A stretch of DNA of 64,000 nucleotides from Sphingomonas oryzagri (GCF_029906645.1 NZ_JARYGZ010000001.1:737208-801207), one strand, 5' to 3'; positions 26,674 to 37,763 are shown, counted from the first letter of the stretch. Notes: generated by a model from the letters alone, not told the origin. Numbers and translations: made by a program.

Positions 26674-29043
26674 ATGAAGATGTCGTTCCGACTGCTCGCC
26701 GGCGTTGCCTGCGCCGCGCTGATTCCCGCGATAGCAAACGCCGCGGACACGGTTGCCGCCACCGATGCGGGGGCGACCACCACGGCCGGCACGGATGGCG
26801 CTTCGGCCGATCAGCCGAAGGACATCGTCGTGCTCGGCTTCGGCAAGAGCCGCCAGGTGCAGGAGATCAACGCCGCCGACATTGCGCGCATCGTGCCGGG
26901 CGCCAGCCCGTTGAAGGCGATCGAGAAGCTGCCGGGCGTCAACTTCCAGTCGGCCGATCCCTTCGGCGCCTATGAGTGGGCGGTGCGCATCTCGCTGCGC
27001 GGCTTCAACCAGAACCAGCTCGGCTTCACCCTCGACGGCGTGCCGCTCGGCGACATGAGCTACGGCAACGTCAACGGCCTGCACATCAGCCGCGCGATCA
27101 TCTCCGAGAACGTCGCCCGTACCGAGGTGGCGCAGGGCGCCGGTGCGCTCGGCACCGCGTCGACCAGCAATCTCGGCGGCACCATCCAGTTCTACTCGGA
27201 TACGCCCAAGGAGAAGATGGGCCTCACCGTCGATGGCACCTACGGCGCCGACGACACCGAGCGCGCCTACGTTCGCGTCGACTCCGGCAACATCGGCGGC
27301 AGCGGCCTCAAGGGCTATCTGAGCTACGCCTTCAACCATGCCGACAAGTGGAAGGGCGACGGCCCACAGCGCCAGCATCAGGTCAACGCCAAGATCGTCG
27401 AGGATCTGGGCGATCTCGGCAGCATCTCCGCGTTCGTGAACTTCTCCGATCGCCGCGAGACCGACTATCAGGATCTGAGCTACGACATCATCGCGCGTCG
27501 CGGCCTGCGCGACGACAACCTGACGGGCAATTACGCGCTCGCGGTCCAGCTGGCGAAGATCTACCAGAACCAGGTTGCGACGGCGGCCGGACAGCCGCAG
27601 CCCTGGTTCGGCGCTGGCATCGTCTTCCCGTCGGGCTTCAGCACGGTGGACGACGAATATGCCGACGCCGGCGGCCTGCGCCGCGACTGGCTGGGCGGCG
27701 TCACCTTCGACGCGCACCTGACGCCCGAGATCTACTTCAAGGCGACCGGCTACTACCACAACAACAAGGGGCAGGGCAGCTGGATCACGCCCTACACGGC
27801 CACCCCGGCGGGCGCGCTGAACCAGGATGGCAGCGTCATCACTGATCCGGGGGCGCTGTCCTTCCGCACTACCGAATACAGCATCCACCGGGGTGGCCTG
27901 ATCGGTGCCGCGACCTGGGAACATGGACCCAACACCCTCGAGGTCGGCGGTTGGTTCGAGAGCAACACCTTCGATCAGGCACGCCGCTATTATGGCCTCT
28001 CTGATGGTGACGTGCAGTCTCGTCCGACGCTCGACTTCCAGAGCAATCCGTTCGCGACCTCGTGGCACGGCAAATACGACACCCAGACCTGGCAATACCA
28101 TGTCACGGACACGCTGAAGCTGTTCGACGACAAGCTGGTGCTGAACGGCGGCTGGAAGGGCGTGAACGTCATCAACACCGCCAACATGCGCGTGGACGGC
28201 GGCCTCGCCTCGGGCCAGATCGGCGCGCGCGACTGGTTCCAGCCGCAGGCGGGCGTGGTCTACCACGTGACGCCGAACGCCGAGGTGTTCGCCGACTATA
28301 CCGAGAACATGCGCGCCTTCGTCTCGTCGGCGACGACCGGGCCGTTCTCGACCACGCAGGTCGGATTCGACGCGATCTCGGGCAAGCTGAAGCCGGAGCG
28401 TTCGAAGACCGCCGAGGGCGGTCTGCGCGTCCATTACGGGCCGTTCCAGGCGTCGGCGGTCGGCTATTATGTCGACTTCACCAACCGCCTGCTGGTGATC
28501 ACCAATGGCGTCGGCATCCAGGGTCTCGCCAACACGCTCGCCAACGTCGGCTCGGTCCACACCTACGGCGCCGAGCTGACCGCGACCTACCGCATCTTCA
28601 ACCCGCTCTCGGTCTATGCGAGCTATTCGTACAACAGCTCCAAGTACGAGAACACGGTGATCGATGCGGCCGGCAAGCTGCAGGTCAACAAGGGCGACAA
28701 CGTCGTCGATACGCCCAAGAACATGGTGAAGGGCGAGGTCGTCTATGACGACGGCCAGTTCATGTTCCGCGCCGGCGCCGACTATATGTCCAAGCGCTAC
28801 GTCACCTACACCAACGACGTTTCGGTGAAGGGCCGCGTGCTGGTCGATGCCTCGGCGGGCTACACGTTCCGGAACATGGGTATGCTGGATGGCTTCAGCA
28901 TCACCGCGAACGTCACCAACCTGTTCGACAAGAAGTATATCGGCACGATCGGGTCGAACGGTTTTGTGGCGAGCGGCGACTCCCAGACGATGCTGGCCGG
29001 TGCGCCGCGGCAGTGGTTCGTGACGCTCAAGAAGGTGTTCTGA
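26674..29043 (+). CDS. TonB-dependent outer-membrane receptor
   Basis: Signal peptide MKMSFRLLAGVACAALIPAIANA, TonB box DIVVLGF, plug domain, beta-barrel, terminal aromatic ...KKVF. Confidence 0.9.
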   Translation: MKMSFRLLAGVACAALIPAIANAADTVAATDAGATTTAGTDGASADQPKDIVVLGFGKSRQVQEINAADIARIVPGASPLKAIEKLPGVNFQSADPFGAYEWAVRISLRGFNQNQLGFTLDGVPLGDMSYGNVNGLHISRAIISENVARTEVAQGAGALGTASTSNLGGTIQFYSDTPKEKMGLTVDGTYGADDTERAYVRVDSGNIGGSGLKGYLSYAFNHADKWKGDGPQRQHQVNAKIVEDLGDLGSISAFVNFSDRRETDYQDLSYDIIARRGLRDDNLTGNYALAVQLAKIYQNQVATAAGQPQPWFGAGIVFPSGFSTVDDEYADAGGLRRDWLGGVTFDAHLTPEIYFKATGYYHNNKGQGSWITPYTATPAGALNQDGSVITDPGALSFRTTEYSIHRGGLIGAATWEHGPNTLEVGGWFESNTFDQARRYYGLSDGDVQSRPTLDFQSNPFATSWHGKYDTQTWQYHVTDTLKLFDDKLVLNGGWKGVNVINTANMRVDGGLASGQIGARDWFQPQAGVVYHVTPNAEVFADYTENMRAFVSSATTGPFSTTQVGFDAISGKLKPERSKTAEGGLRVHYGPFQASAVGYYVDFTNRLLVITNGVGIQGLANTLANVGSVHTYGAELTATYRIFNPLSVYASYSYNSSKYENTVIDAAGKLQVNKGDNVVDTPKNMVKGEVVYDDGQFMFRAGADYMSKRYVTYTNDVSVKGRVLVDASAGYTFRNMGMLDGFSITANVTNLFDKKYIGTIGSNGFVASGDSQTMLAGAPRQWFVTLKKVF

Positions 29044-29127
29044 TCGGGACCGGTTCGGGGGTGGCGGAGCACAGCTCCGCCGCCGCCGGGACGGGCATAT
29101 CTTAACAGGCCCGCGAAGGGCGGCCGT

Positions 29128-30168
29128 TCAGCCGGCGACGAAGCGCCAGCCGATGCGCTCGCCGGCATGGAATGGCACGACGGCGAGCGCACCGTCGCCG
29201 ATACGATCGGGCACCGGCACCTCGGCGCGCTCCAGCGTCACGCGCGCTTCGTTGAGCGGCAGGCCGTAGAAGCGCGGGCCGTTTTCCGAAGCGAAGGCCT
29301 CCAGCCGGTCGAGCGCATCCTCCTCGTCGAACACCTGCGTATAGCTTTCCATTGCGTAGGGCGCGTTGAAGATGCCCGCGCAGCCGCACGACGTTTCCTT
29401 GCGGCCGACCGCGTGCGGCGCGCTGTCCGTGCCGAGGAAGAATTGCGGGGCGCCGGATACGGCCGCCTTGCGCACCGCCAGCCGGTGATGCTCGCGTTTG
29501 GCGATAGGCAGGCAGTAAGCGTGCGGGCGAATGCCGCCGTCGAAGATCGCGTTGCGGTTGATGATCATGTGCTGCGGCGTGATCGTCGCGCCTAGTTGCG
29601 GCCCGTTGGCCAGCACGAAATCGACGGCTTCGGCGGTCGTGATATGCTCCAGCACGATCTTGAGGCCGGGGTAATCGCGCGCCAGCGGGGTCAGGATCGT
29701 CTCGATGAACACCGCCTCGCGATCGAAGATGTCGATCGCGCGATCGGTCACCTCGCCGTGGATCAGCAGCGGCATACCGATGCGCTGCATCGTCTCCAGC
29801 ACCGGAGCCAGCTTGAAGATGTCGGTGACGCCGTGCGCACTGTTGGTGGTGGCGTGGGCTGGGTAGAGCTTGCACGCGGTGAAGGCGCCCGACGCGAAGC
29901 CGCGCTCGATTTCGGCCGGGTCGGCAGCGTCGGTCAGGTAGCAGACCATCAGTGGGGTGAAGTCCACACCCTCCGGCACCGCCGCCAGGATGCGGTCGCG
30001 ATAGGCCTCGGCCTGCGCGACCGTCGTCACCGGCGGGGTGAGGTTGGGCATCACGATGGCGCGGGCGAACTGGCGGGCGGTGAAGCCGGCCACGGCCTGC
30101 AGCATCTCGCCGTCGCGAAGGTGCACATGCCAGTCGTCGGGGCGGCGGATCGTGATGCTGTCGGTCAT
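29128..30168 (-). CDS. pyrC: Dihydroorotase (class II)
   Basis: [20 protein letters not shown] ..., motifs [25 protein letters not shown]. Confidence 0.9.
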   Translation of the reverse strand: MTDSITIRRPDDWHVHLRDGEMLQAVAGFTARQFARAIVMPNLTPPVTTVAQAEAYRDRILAAVPEGVDFTPLMVCYLTDAADPAEIERGFASGAFTACKLYPAHATTNSAHGVTDIFKLAPVLETMQRIGMPLLIHGEVTDRAIDIFDREAVFIETILTPLARDYPGLKIVLEHITTAEAVDFVLANGPQLGATITPQHMIINRNAIFDGGIRPHAYCLPIAKREHHRLAVRKAAVSGAPQFFLGTDSAPHAVGRKETSCGCAGIFNAPYAMESYTQVFDEEDALDRLEAFASENGPRFYGLPLNEARVTLERAEVPVPDRIGDGALAVVPFHAGERIGWRFVAG

Positions 30169-30210
30169 GGATCGAGCGCTTAGCCTTGGTCGGCCCGACG
30201 CGCCAGACCT

Positions 30211-30924
30211 GTGGCGTGCGCCTGTTGTGCGTGGCAGGATGACGACGTGCGGAATCGTGGCGGCATCGATGACGACTCGGACGATCGGCCGATCCTGCCC
30301 TGGCGACTGGTCGCGGGCGCATTTCTCCATTTCGTGGTGCCGTTCTACCTGATCGCCATCGTGATCGACGTCCTGCTCTTCGGGCCGCGTGAGGCCGGTG
30401 CGGAGGCAATGCTCCGTCACGCGCTGGCGGCCAGCCCCGCGCTATTGGGCGGTTATGCCGGCGCGGCGTTGCTCGCGACCTTGCTGGCGGGCGGGATCGA
30501 TCCCGTGCTGCGCTGGCGGCGCGAACGGCGGTCGAGGTCGAACCCGGCGGTGATGGACAGTCGCCTTGCTGATCGGGTCGCTCGGGCGGCCGGACTGGGG
30601 AAGGGGCGCTTCGGTCCTCGTGCCGACGCGGCACTGGCCGCTTTGACGACGGCGCCATGGCAATACGGTCATCCCGGCCATCAGGCTATCGCGCGCGATC
30701 TCCTCGATACGGTAAGGGCTTCCACGGCCGCACTCGCCTCAGCCCCGCCCGAACGCCGCGCCGCGATCGCGGACATGGCGACCGCGACGATCGAGCGCCT
30801 CGCCAACGCCCGGCGCGAACTGGCCGATGAGAATGCGGCGCAAGACGAGCGCAAGGCGAGGGCTGCGGCGGGCTATGTCGAAATGCGGTACGGCCCGTCC
30901 GATTTCTCTGGCGACGGCGATTGA
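30211..30924 (+). CDS. Hypothetical membrane protein
   Basis: Protein-like composition with two predicted TM helices ([26 protein letters not shown]; [19 protein letters not shown]). Start uncertain. Confidence 0.4.
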   Translation: MACACCAWQDDDVRNRGGIDDDSDDRPILPWRLVAGAFLHFVVPFYLIAIVIDVLLFGPREAGAEAMLRHALAASPALLGGYAGAALLATLLAGGIDPVLRWRRERRSRSNPAVMDSRLADRVARAAGLGKGRFGPRADAALAALTTAPWQYGHPGHQAIARDLLDTVRASTAALASAPPERRAAIADMATATIERLANARRELADENAAQDERKARAAAGYVEMRYGPSDFSGDGD

Positions 30925-30994
30925 ACAGGCGTAAATATTTCTGCGAACGCAAATAGAGCGCTCGTCTTTAAGGTCCAAAGGACACCTTTCCCAG

Positions 30995-33007
30995 ATGACA
31001 AATATGTATGTGCTCGGCGCCTCGGCTGTCGTGGCCCTCGTCGTCGTCTTTCTTTTCACCCTCTCGCGCATGGTCCGCTACGTCGGCAACAACCGCGTCG
31101 CCATCGTCGAGAAACTGTGGAGCCGCAACGGATCGATCTCCGGCGGCCTGATCGCCTTGTCGCGCGAGGCCGGCTACCAACCCGCCGTGCTGCGCGGCGG
31201 CTACCATTTCTTCGTGCCGTTCCAATATCGCGTCCACAGTCAGCCGCTGGTGACGATCCCGCAGGGCCAGGTCGGCTACGTGTTCGCCCGTGACGGTGCA
31301 CCGCTGGGGCCGACCCAGACGCTCGCCAGCAACGCCACCACGGCGGATTTCCTCGATGTGCGCGCGTTCCTGTCGAACGGCGGCCAGAAGGGCCCGCAGC
31401 GCACGATCCTGCGCGAGGGCACCTACGCCATCAACCTCGCCCAGTTCGTGATCATCACGCGCGAGCATATCTATGGCCTGATGCTGGAGCGCGCCGACGA
31501 GGCGCTGTTCACCCAGATGCAGGGCGTGATCGAGGGGCGCGGCGGCTTCATGGCGGTCGTGATCAAGGATTCGACCGACCAGATCGGCATCGTCACCGTG
31601 CATGACGGGCCGGCGCTCACCGCCGACCAGATCATCGCGCCGGAAGTCGGCACCGATCAGGCCGACACCGCCACCTTCCACAACAGCTTCCAGGATCCGG
31701 AGAAGTTCATCGCGGCGGGCGGCCGTCGCGGTCGCCAGCTGCAGGTGCTCGTCGAGGGCAGCTACTTCATCAACCGCCTGTTCGCGACCGTCGAGATGGT
31801 CTCCAAGACGGTGATCGAGGTTGGCCATGTCGGCGTGGTGATCAGCTATACCGGCGAGACCGGTCGCGATACGTCGGGCGAGGATTATCGCCATGGCGAG
31901 CTGGTCGCGCGCGGCCATCGCGGCGTGTGGAGCGAGCCGCTTCTGCCCGGCAAATATGCCTTCAACACCTATGCGGGCAAGATCATCGCGGTGCCGACCA
32001 CCAACTTCATCCTGAAGTGGGATCAGGACGTCACCGGCCAGCACAAGTTCGACGAGAACCTGTCCGAGGTGTCGCTGATCACCCGCGACGCGTTCGAGCC
32101 GACGCTGCCGCTGAGCGTGGTCGTCCATATCGACTATCGCAAGGCGCCTTTGGTCATCCAGCGCTTCGGCGACATCAAGAAGCTGGTCGAGCAGACGCTC
32201 GATCCGATGGTCTCGGCCTATTTCAAGAATGTCGCGCAGAAGAAGACGCTGATCGAGCTGCTGCAGGAACGCTCGGACATTCAGGAGCAGGCCGGCGAGG
32301 AAATGCGCACCAAGTTCGGCAACTACAATCTCGAGCTGCAGGAGGTGCTGATCGGCACGCCCCGCGCGGCGGCCGGCAACGACCAGATCGAGAAGGTGCT
32401 CCAGCAGCTGCGCGAGCGGCAGGTCGCCGAGGAGCGCGTCACCACCTACGAGAAGCAGCGCATCGCCGCCGAGAGCGAGAAGGCGCTGCGCGAGGCGGAG
32501 GCGCGCGCGCATCAGCAGACCTCGATCACCGAATCCGAACTCTCGATCACGGTGCAGGAGAATCAGGGCAAGGCTGCGCTCAAGCGCGCGACCCAGGATG
32601 CCGAGCAGACCCGCACGCTGGCGAAGGCGGAGGCCGATCGCACCCGCCTGCTCGGCGAGGGCGAGGCGGCGAAGGTCGTGGCGCTCGCGGGCGCCGAGGC
32701 CGAGCGGATCACCCGCACCGGCCTCGCCACCGCCGAGACGATCGAGAAGCAGGCGGCGGCGTCCGGCGGCGCGCAGTATCAGCTGACCCGGCAGGTGATC
32801 GAGCGGCTCGCCGATGCGCTGGAGAAATCGGGCGTCGACATCGTGCCGAGGGTGCAGATCAACACCGGCGGCGCGGATGGCGCTCAGGGCGCAGGCGCGT
32901 TGCAGGCGCTGATCGGGATGCTGCTGAGCGAGAAGGGCATGCACATGCTCGGCGAGCCGGCAGCCGCCAATGACGCGAAGCCCGCAACCGACATCGCAGC
33001 GGAATAG
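30995..33007 (+). CDS. SPFH/band-7 flotillin-like protein (YqiK/FloA-like)
   Basis: N-terminal TM, SPFH domain, then a long Ala/Glu/Gln-rich coiled-coil (EAEARAHQQTSITESELSITVQENQGKAALKRATQDAEQTRTLAKAEADRTRL). 670 aa. Confidence 0.85.
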   Translation: MTNMYVLGASAVVALVVVFLFTLSRMVRYVGNNRVAIVEKLWSRNGSISGGLIALSREAGYQPAVLRGGYHFFVPFQYRVHSQPLVTIPQGQVGYVFARDGAPLGPTQTLASNATTADFLDVRAFLSNGGQKGPQRTILREGTYAINLAQFVIITREHIYGLMLERADEALFTQMQGVIEGRGGFMAVVIKDSTDQIGIVTVHDGPALTADQIIAPEVGTDQADTATFHNSFQDPEKFIAAGGRRGRQLQVLVEGSYFINRLFATVEMVSKTVIEVGHVGVVISYTGETGRDTSGEDYRHGELVARGHRGVWSEPLLPGKYAFNTYAGKIIAVPTTNFILKWDQDVTGQHKFDENLSEVSLITRDAFEPTLPLSVVVHIDYRKAPLVIQRFGDIKKLVEQTLDPMVSAYFKNVAQKKTLIELLQERSDIQEQAGEEMRTKFGNYNLELQEVLIGTPRAAAGNDQIEKVLQQLRERQVAEERVTTYEKQRIAAESEKALREAEARAHQQTSITESELSITVQENQGKAALKRATQDAEQTRTLAKAEADRTRLLGEGEAAKVVALAGAEAERITRTGLATAETIEKQAAASGGAQYQLTRQVIERLADALEKSGVDIVPRVQINTGGADGAQGAGALQALIGMLLSEKGMHMLGEPAAANDAKPATDIAAE

Positions 33008-33014
33008 GCTCAGG

Positions 33015-33045
33015 GGTGACCGGCGCGTTACGCGTGCCGGTCACC
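33015..33045 (+). terminator. Stem-loop immediately after the flotillin stop
   Basis: GGTGACCGGCGCG-tta-CGCGTGCCGGTCACC (imperfect, no T-run). Confidence 0.35.
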
Positions 33046-33061
33046 TACCCTGCAACGAAAA

Positions 33062-33088
33062 AGCCGGGCCAAAACTGGCCCGGCTTTC
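33062..33088 (-). terminator. Bidirectional hairpin between flotillin and tRNA-Arg; best as the tRNA terminator on the minus strand
   Basis: AGCCGGGCC-aaaact-GGCCCGGCT; on the minus strand it is followed by TTTTTCG. Confidence 0.55.
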
Positions 33089-33113
33089 ACCTGCGATCAC
33101 GCAGAAATGTCGT

Positions 33114-33190
33114 TGGCGCGCCCGGAACGATTCGAACGTCCGACCCTCAGATTCGTAGTCTGATGCTCTATCCAGCTGAGCTACGGGCGC
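33114..33190 (-). tRNA. tRNA-Arg (anticodon ACG)
   Basis: Reverse complement reads GCGCCCGTAGCTCAGCTGGATAGAGCATCAGACTACGAATCTGAGGGTCGGACGTTCGAATCGTTCCGGGCGCGCCA. D-loop AGCTCAGCTGGATAGAGC, anticodon loop CT-ACG-AA, T-loop GTTCGAATC, encoded CCA. Confidence 0.9.
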
Positions 33191-33271
33191 GTTGTGGAGG
33201 CGCTGTTAGAAGGAGTTTTGCGGGAGCGCAACCCCATTGCTACGATAAAAACACAACTCTAGACGGAAGCC

Positions 33272-33784
33272 ATGCCAGCCCGCTTTCCTGAGCCCGTCCG
33301 TGCGATCCTCGCCTCTGCGCTCGTCATCGCGACGGCGGGGTGTGCCGGATCGTCCGATCCCTATCCTTCGCTCGCGCCGCGCCCGATCGAACAGATCTCC
33401 ATGGCTGAGCCGAACCGGCCCGAGGCGCCGGCCGCCGTCGCCGATCCGGCGGCGGTGCAGCGTTATGCCCCGCTGATCGCGCAGGCGCAGGCGGCCGATG
33501 CGGATTTCCGGCGCGTGCTGGAGGAGGAGCGCCCGGCGCTCGTCAGAGGGCGAGGCGCCGGCGAGGGGAGCGACGCATGGCTTGCGGCGCAGGTGTCGCT
33601 CTCGCGGATCGAAACGGCGCGCGGACCGGTGGCGAAGGCGCTCGCGAGCCTCGATGCGGCGCGCAGCGGGCTGGATCCGCAGACTGATACGGGCGCGATG
33701 GTCGCGATCGGGCAGGCGTTCGATGCGGTCCAGCGGATATCCGATCGCGAGGGCGCCTCGCTGGCGCAGGCGGCCGGTCGCTAG
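33272..33784 (+). CDS. Hypothetical lipoprotein
   Basis: MPARFPEPVRAILASALVIATAGC lipobox, Ala/Arg-rich mature protein. 170 aa. Confidence 0.55.
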   Translation: MPARFPEPVRAILASALVIATAGCAGSSDPYPSLAPRPIEQISMAEPNRPEAPAAVADPAAVQRYAPLIAQAQAADADFRRVLEEERPALVRGRGAGEGSDAWLAAQVSLSRIETARGPVAKALASLDAARSGLDPQTDTGAMVAIGQAFDAVQRISDREGASLAQAAGR

Positions 33785-34413
33785 GCGGCCTCGTCGCTTT
33801 CCACGGACGTTATTCCGGCAAGCAGGCACAGCCGCATCAAGGCGGGCAGGCTGTCGGCATCCAGCTTCCGCATCACGTTGGCCCGGTGCATCTCGACCGT
33901 GCGGACGCCGATGCCCAGCGCATCGCCGATTTCGCGATTGGCGCGCCCCGCCAACATGCCGTCCAGGACGTCGCGCTCGCGCGGGGTCAGGCGGCCGCCT
34001 TTCACCATGGCGTCGCGAACCTTCAGGGCATGGCGCACGCGCTGCGGCAGATGAGCGAAGGCCTGCTCGAGCATCGCCAGCAACGCGACATCGGCGAGCG
34101 GCTGTGCGATGAAATCGAATGCGCCGGCGCGGATCGCGCGCACCGCGGCCGGCACATCCGCATCCGCCGCCATGATGATCACCGGCAGATCGGGACGGAT
34201 CTCGCCAAGTTGGCGCAGAAGATCGATGCTGTCCCCGTCCGGCAGGTCGGTATCGAGCAGGACGCAGCCGGGTTCGATATAGGCGGTCGCGTCGATCAGA
34301 TCGGCAGCGGTGGCGAAGGCATGGGTGCGAAAGCCGGTGACGCGGAGGATACGGGCGAGCGAACGGCGCGTTTGAGGACTTCCGCCGACGAGGTAGACAA
34401 TCCGCGTCGTCAT
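33781..34413 (-). CDS. Two-component response regulator, FixJ/LuxR family (REC + HTH_LuxR)
   Basis: MTTRIVYLVGGSPQT... receiver domain with phospho-acceptor Asp (VLLDTDLPDGD). C-terminal LTPRERDVLDGMLAGRANREIGDALGIGVRTVEMHRANVMRKL. Confidence 0.85.
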   Translation of the reverse strand: MTTRIVYLVGGSPQTRRSLARILRVTGFRTHAFATAADLIDATAYIEPGCVLLDTDLPDGDSIDLLRQLGEIRPDLPVIIMAADADVPAAVRAIRAGAFDFIAQPLADVALLAMLEQAFAHLPQRVRHALKVRDAMVKGGRLTPRERDVLDGMLAGRANREIGDALGIGVRTVEMHRANVMRKLDADSLPALMRLCLLAGITSVESDEAA

Positions 34414-34689
34414 CAGGCTTTCCATTCTCGCAGGTGCTCGCGGGTTCGATACCCGGCCGTGGCGGGATCATGGCGTATCGAGATGATCTTGTCCTCCCAT
34501 TTCCAGTCGCGGGCGGCGATGCCGGTCGGCTCTGCTGCCTAGAGCCGCATAACTGCGTGGGTGTTGGAGGACGCTACCGTGTTTTTCCGGGGGATGGGCA
34601 CTCCCGCGCGACCGTCTGTGGCGTTCGAGGGATCAGTCGAAGTGGGCGATATCTCCGGAGAAATCGGCGTTAACCATACTTGCGGCCTC

Positions 34690-35139
34690 ATGGCAGCGCA
34701 TTATCAAGGCGGAGTGCCTGATATCGAAGACCCATCCGCCTGCCATCGCTGGTTCTATGTGAGCCGGTGTCTCCTTCCCGCGAATTGGGTCGATGCGGCG
34801 GTGGCCGACATCGTTAAGGTCTCGCGCATCCGTAATGATTCACTCAGGCTGACCGGAGCGTTGCTCTTCACCGGGCGGCGCTTCGCGCAATATATCGAGG
34901 GAGCGGCCGAGCACGTCGCGGCGGTTCAGGAGAGCATCAAGCGTGACGCGCGGCATGGCGAGGTGCAAACCATCCTCGCCGGCGCCGGGGAGGGGCGACT
35001 GTTCGACGACTGGTCGCTCGCTTATGCGGGGCCGTCGCTTTTCCTGTCGGCGCAGGTGGAGTCGGTGCTCGACGAGGCGCCTCATTCGGCGGCGCGCCTG
35101 ATCGGCATTCTCCGCGAATTCGCGACGCAGGAGAGCTGA
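34690..35139 (+). CDS. BLUF-domain blue-light photoreceptor (short, stand-alone)
   Basis: HRWFYVSRCL ... RNDSLRLTGALLFTGRRFAQYIEGAAEHVAAVQESIKRDARHGEV matches the BLUF consensus (Y-x-S, ITG-LL, F-Q-LEG, D-RH). About 150 aa from ATG 34690; the track ORF starts upstream at 34561. Confidence 0.8.
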   Translation: MAAHYQGGVPDIEDPSACHRWFYVSRCLLPANWVDAAVADIVKVSRIRNDSLRLTGALLFTGRRFAQYIEGAAEHVAAVQESIKRDARHGEVQTILAGAGEGRLFDDWSLAYAGPSLFLSAQVESVLDEAPHSAARLIGILREFATQES

Positions 35140-35140
35140 T

Positions 35141-35338
35141 CTAGCTACGCGCCAGCAAATCGGGCAGCAGCTTGATCGCGATCCGATAGACTTGTCGCCG
35201 TGTCCGGCTTTCCGTTCGGCGTATCCTCTCGCGCAATTCCTGTTCCGCGTCCGCGCCCTTCACGCGGATGGCGTTGACAGCTTCCTCCCGGGCCGCGCGA
35301 CGAGTGGCTGCGGGAGCGAAATAATCCAGCAGATACAT
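35141..35338 (-). CDS. Small hypothetical protein (65 aa), convergent and abutting the BLUF gene
   Basis: MYLLDYFAPAATRRAAREEAVNAIRVKGADAEQELRERIRRTESRTRRQVYRIAIKLLPDLLARS has protein-like composition. No recognised family. Confidence 0.3.
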   Translation of the reverse strand: MYLLDYFAPAATRRAAREEAVNAIRVKGADAEQELRERIRRTESRTRRQVYRIAIKLLPDLLARS

Positions 35339-35492
35339 GATTCCCTACCGATCCATGTGCTTCGGATCCGCTCCCAGCTCATTTTTTCGCAAAATTAGGT
35401 GGGGAATCATTAACGCAGCATCAACCACGTTTTCCGTGTTTGCCGCAAACCGGCCCGCCCGGCGATACGTTCACCAGGCGGGCCCCGTCCAT

Positions 35493-37627
35493 TCATTGGC
35501 CGGTCGGCGTCAGGCCGTGCTCTTCCAGCATCGGGCCGACATCCGGATCCTTGCCATAGAAGGCCTTGAACATCGGGCCGTAATCCTCGGTATGGCCCTT
35601 GCTCAGGATCATGTCGCGGAAGCGCTGGCCGTTCTCGCGGGTCAGCCCGCCATGATCGACGAACCAGTGATAGGCGTCATGCTCCAGCATCTGCGTCCAC
35701 AGATAGGCGTAGTAGCCCGCCGAATAGCCGTTCGCCCAGATGTGGAGGAAGTAGCTGCTGCGATAGCGCGGCGGCACGTCGGTCGTGTCGAGACCCGTCT
35801 TGGCAAGCGCCGCTGCTTCGAACTGATCGACGTCCTGCTTGCCTGCCGAAGCCGGCAGCGAATGCCAGTCCATGTCGAGCATCGCCGCCGCGATCACCTC
35901 GCCCAGCGCATAGCCCTGGTTGAACTTGGCGGCCTTCTTGATCTTGTCGACCAACGCCTGCGGGATCGGTGCGCCGGTTTTGTAGTTCTTGGCATAGTGC
36001 GCCAGCACCTTGGGGTCGAACGCCCAATGCTCGTTGAACTGGGAAGGGAATTCCACCCAGTCGCGCGCGGTATTGGTGCCCGAGACGGTTGGATAGACCT
36101 GGTTCGCGAACAGGCCGTGCAGCGCGTGGCCGAATTCGTGGAACATCGTCGTCACGTCGTCGGAACTGATCAGCGCCGGCTGGCCGGCGGCGGGCTTCTG
36201 GAAATTGGCGACGTTGTAGATCACCGGCTTGGTGCCGAGCAGCTTGGACTGGCCGACGAAGTTCGACATCCAGGCGCCGCCCGATTTGTTGTCGCGCTTG
36301 AAATAGTCGAAATACATCAGGCCCAGTTCGGAGCCGTCCTTGTCGTAGACCGTGTAGACCATCACGTCCGGCTGATAGACGGGCAAGTCGGTGCGCTTCT
36401 TGAAGGTCAGGCCATAGAGCTGGTTGGCCGCGTAGAAGACGCCGTCTTCCAGCACGGTGTGCAGCTCGAAATAGGGCTTCACCTCATTCTGGTCGAGGTC
36501 ATACTTCGCCTTGCGGACTTCGGCGGCATAATGATCCCAGTCCCAGGGCTTCAGCTGGAACTTGTCGCCATCCTTGTCGATCTGCGCCTGCAATTCGGCG
36601 GCCTCGCGCTTCTGCTCGGGCGCGGTGGCGGTGCCGAGCTGTTCCATGAAGGATTCGGCAGCCTCGGGCGTCTTCGCCATCTGGTCGTAGAGCGTGTAGG
36701 CCGCCCAGTTCGGATAGCCGAGCAACTGCGCCTTTTGCGCGCGCAGCATCGCCAGCTGCTGGATCACCGGGCGAGTGTCGTTGGCATCGCCTTTCTCGGC
36801 GCGCGTCCAGCTGCTCTGGAACAGCGCCTCGCGCGTCGCGCGGTCGGTCATGTCCTCCAGGCTCGGCTGCTGGGTGGTGTTCTGCAGCGGGATCACGAAC
36901 TTGCCGTCGAGTCCGCGGCCCTTGGCATCCTGTGCGGCCGCCGCGATCTTGCCATCGTCCAGCCCGGCGAGCTTCGCCTTGTCATCGACCACCAGCGCGC
37001 CGGCCTTGGCGGCGGCGAGCAGCTTCTGCTGGAAGCTCGTTTCCAGGCTGGCGAGCTGGGTGTTGAGCACCTTCAGCTTGGTCTGGTCGGCGGCGGAGAG
37101 CTGCGCGCCGGCGTGGACGAAGCCGTCATAATAGATCTTGAGGACCTGCGTCTGCTCGGGAGTGAGGTTCAGCGAGGCGCGCTTGTCCCACAGCGTCTTC
37201 ACGCGGGCGAAGAGCTTCGGATCGAGGTTGATCGCGTCCGAATGCTGCGAGAGCTTGGGGGCCTCGACCTCCTGTACCTTGTCCAGCGTGTTGTTGGTGT
37301 TGGCCTGCACCACCCCAAAAAAGGCGAGGCTCACGCGATCGAGCATCCGGCCCGATTTCTCCAGCGCGCCGATCGTGTTGTCGAAGGTCGGTGCCGCCGG
37401 ATTGTTGGCGATCTTCTGCACCTCTGCGAGATGCTGCGCCATCGCCGTCTCGAACGCCGGTTGATAGTCGTCGTCCTTGATCAGGTCGAAGCGCGGCGCC
37501 TGGAAGGGCAGGGTGCTCGGCACGGCGAACGGGTTGGCGCGCGCCGGTGCGGCGGCATGGGCAACCTGGGCGCCGAGTGAGGCGGAGGCGACGAGCAGGA
37601 CGGCGGAACGGAAGAAACGACTGGCCA
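35493..37627 (-). CDS. dcp: Peptidyl-dipeptidase Dcp / oligopeptidase A (M3 family), secreted
   Basis: Signal peptide MASRFFRSAVLLVASASLGAQVAHAA. Zinc motif TMFHEFGHALHG and M3 C-terminus. The track ORF extends further upstream in frame. Confidence 0.9.
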
Positions 37628-37763
37628 TGGATGAACACCCCTTGGGAATCGATCGAGCTCTGCGGCTCATGCGCGAGGGGGTGGGCCTTTGAGGCGGCCG
37701 GGGCAAGCCCAATGATACGTCCGGGCAGGAGCCGCCATGTCGTTCATCGAAAAGTCGGTCATC

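Noticed and set aside
26554-28560. 668-aa minus-strand ORF opposite the second TBDR
   Set aside because: Shadow ORF antisense to a receptor with TonB box and terminal Phe.
33114-33190. tRNA-Arg as an integration site for a genomic island
   Set aside because: Both neighbours (flotillin-like gene, lipoprotein, BLUF/RR, dcp) look like ordinary chromosomal genes. No integrase or direct repeat of the tRNA 3' end was seen nearby.
35337-37580. 747-aa plus-strand ORF opposite dcp
   Set aside because: Shadow ORF; the minus strand carries the HEFGH M3 peptidase.
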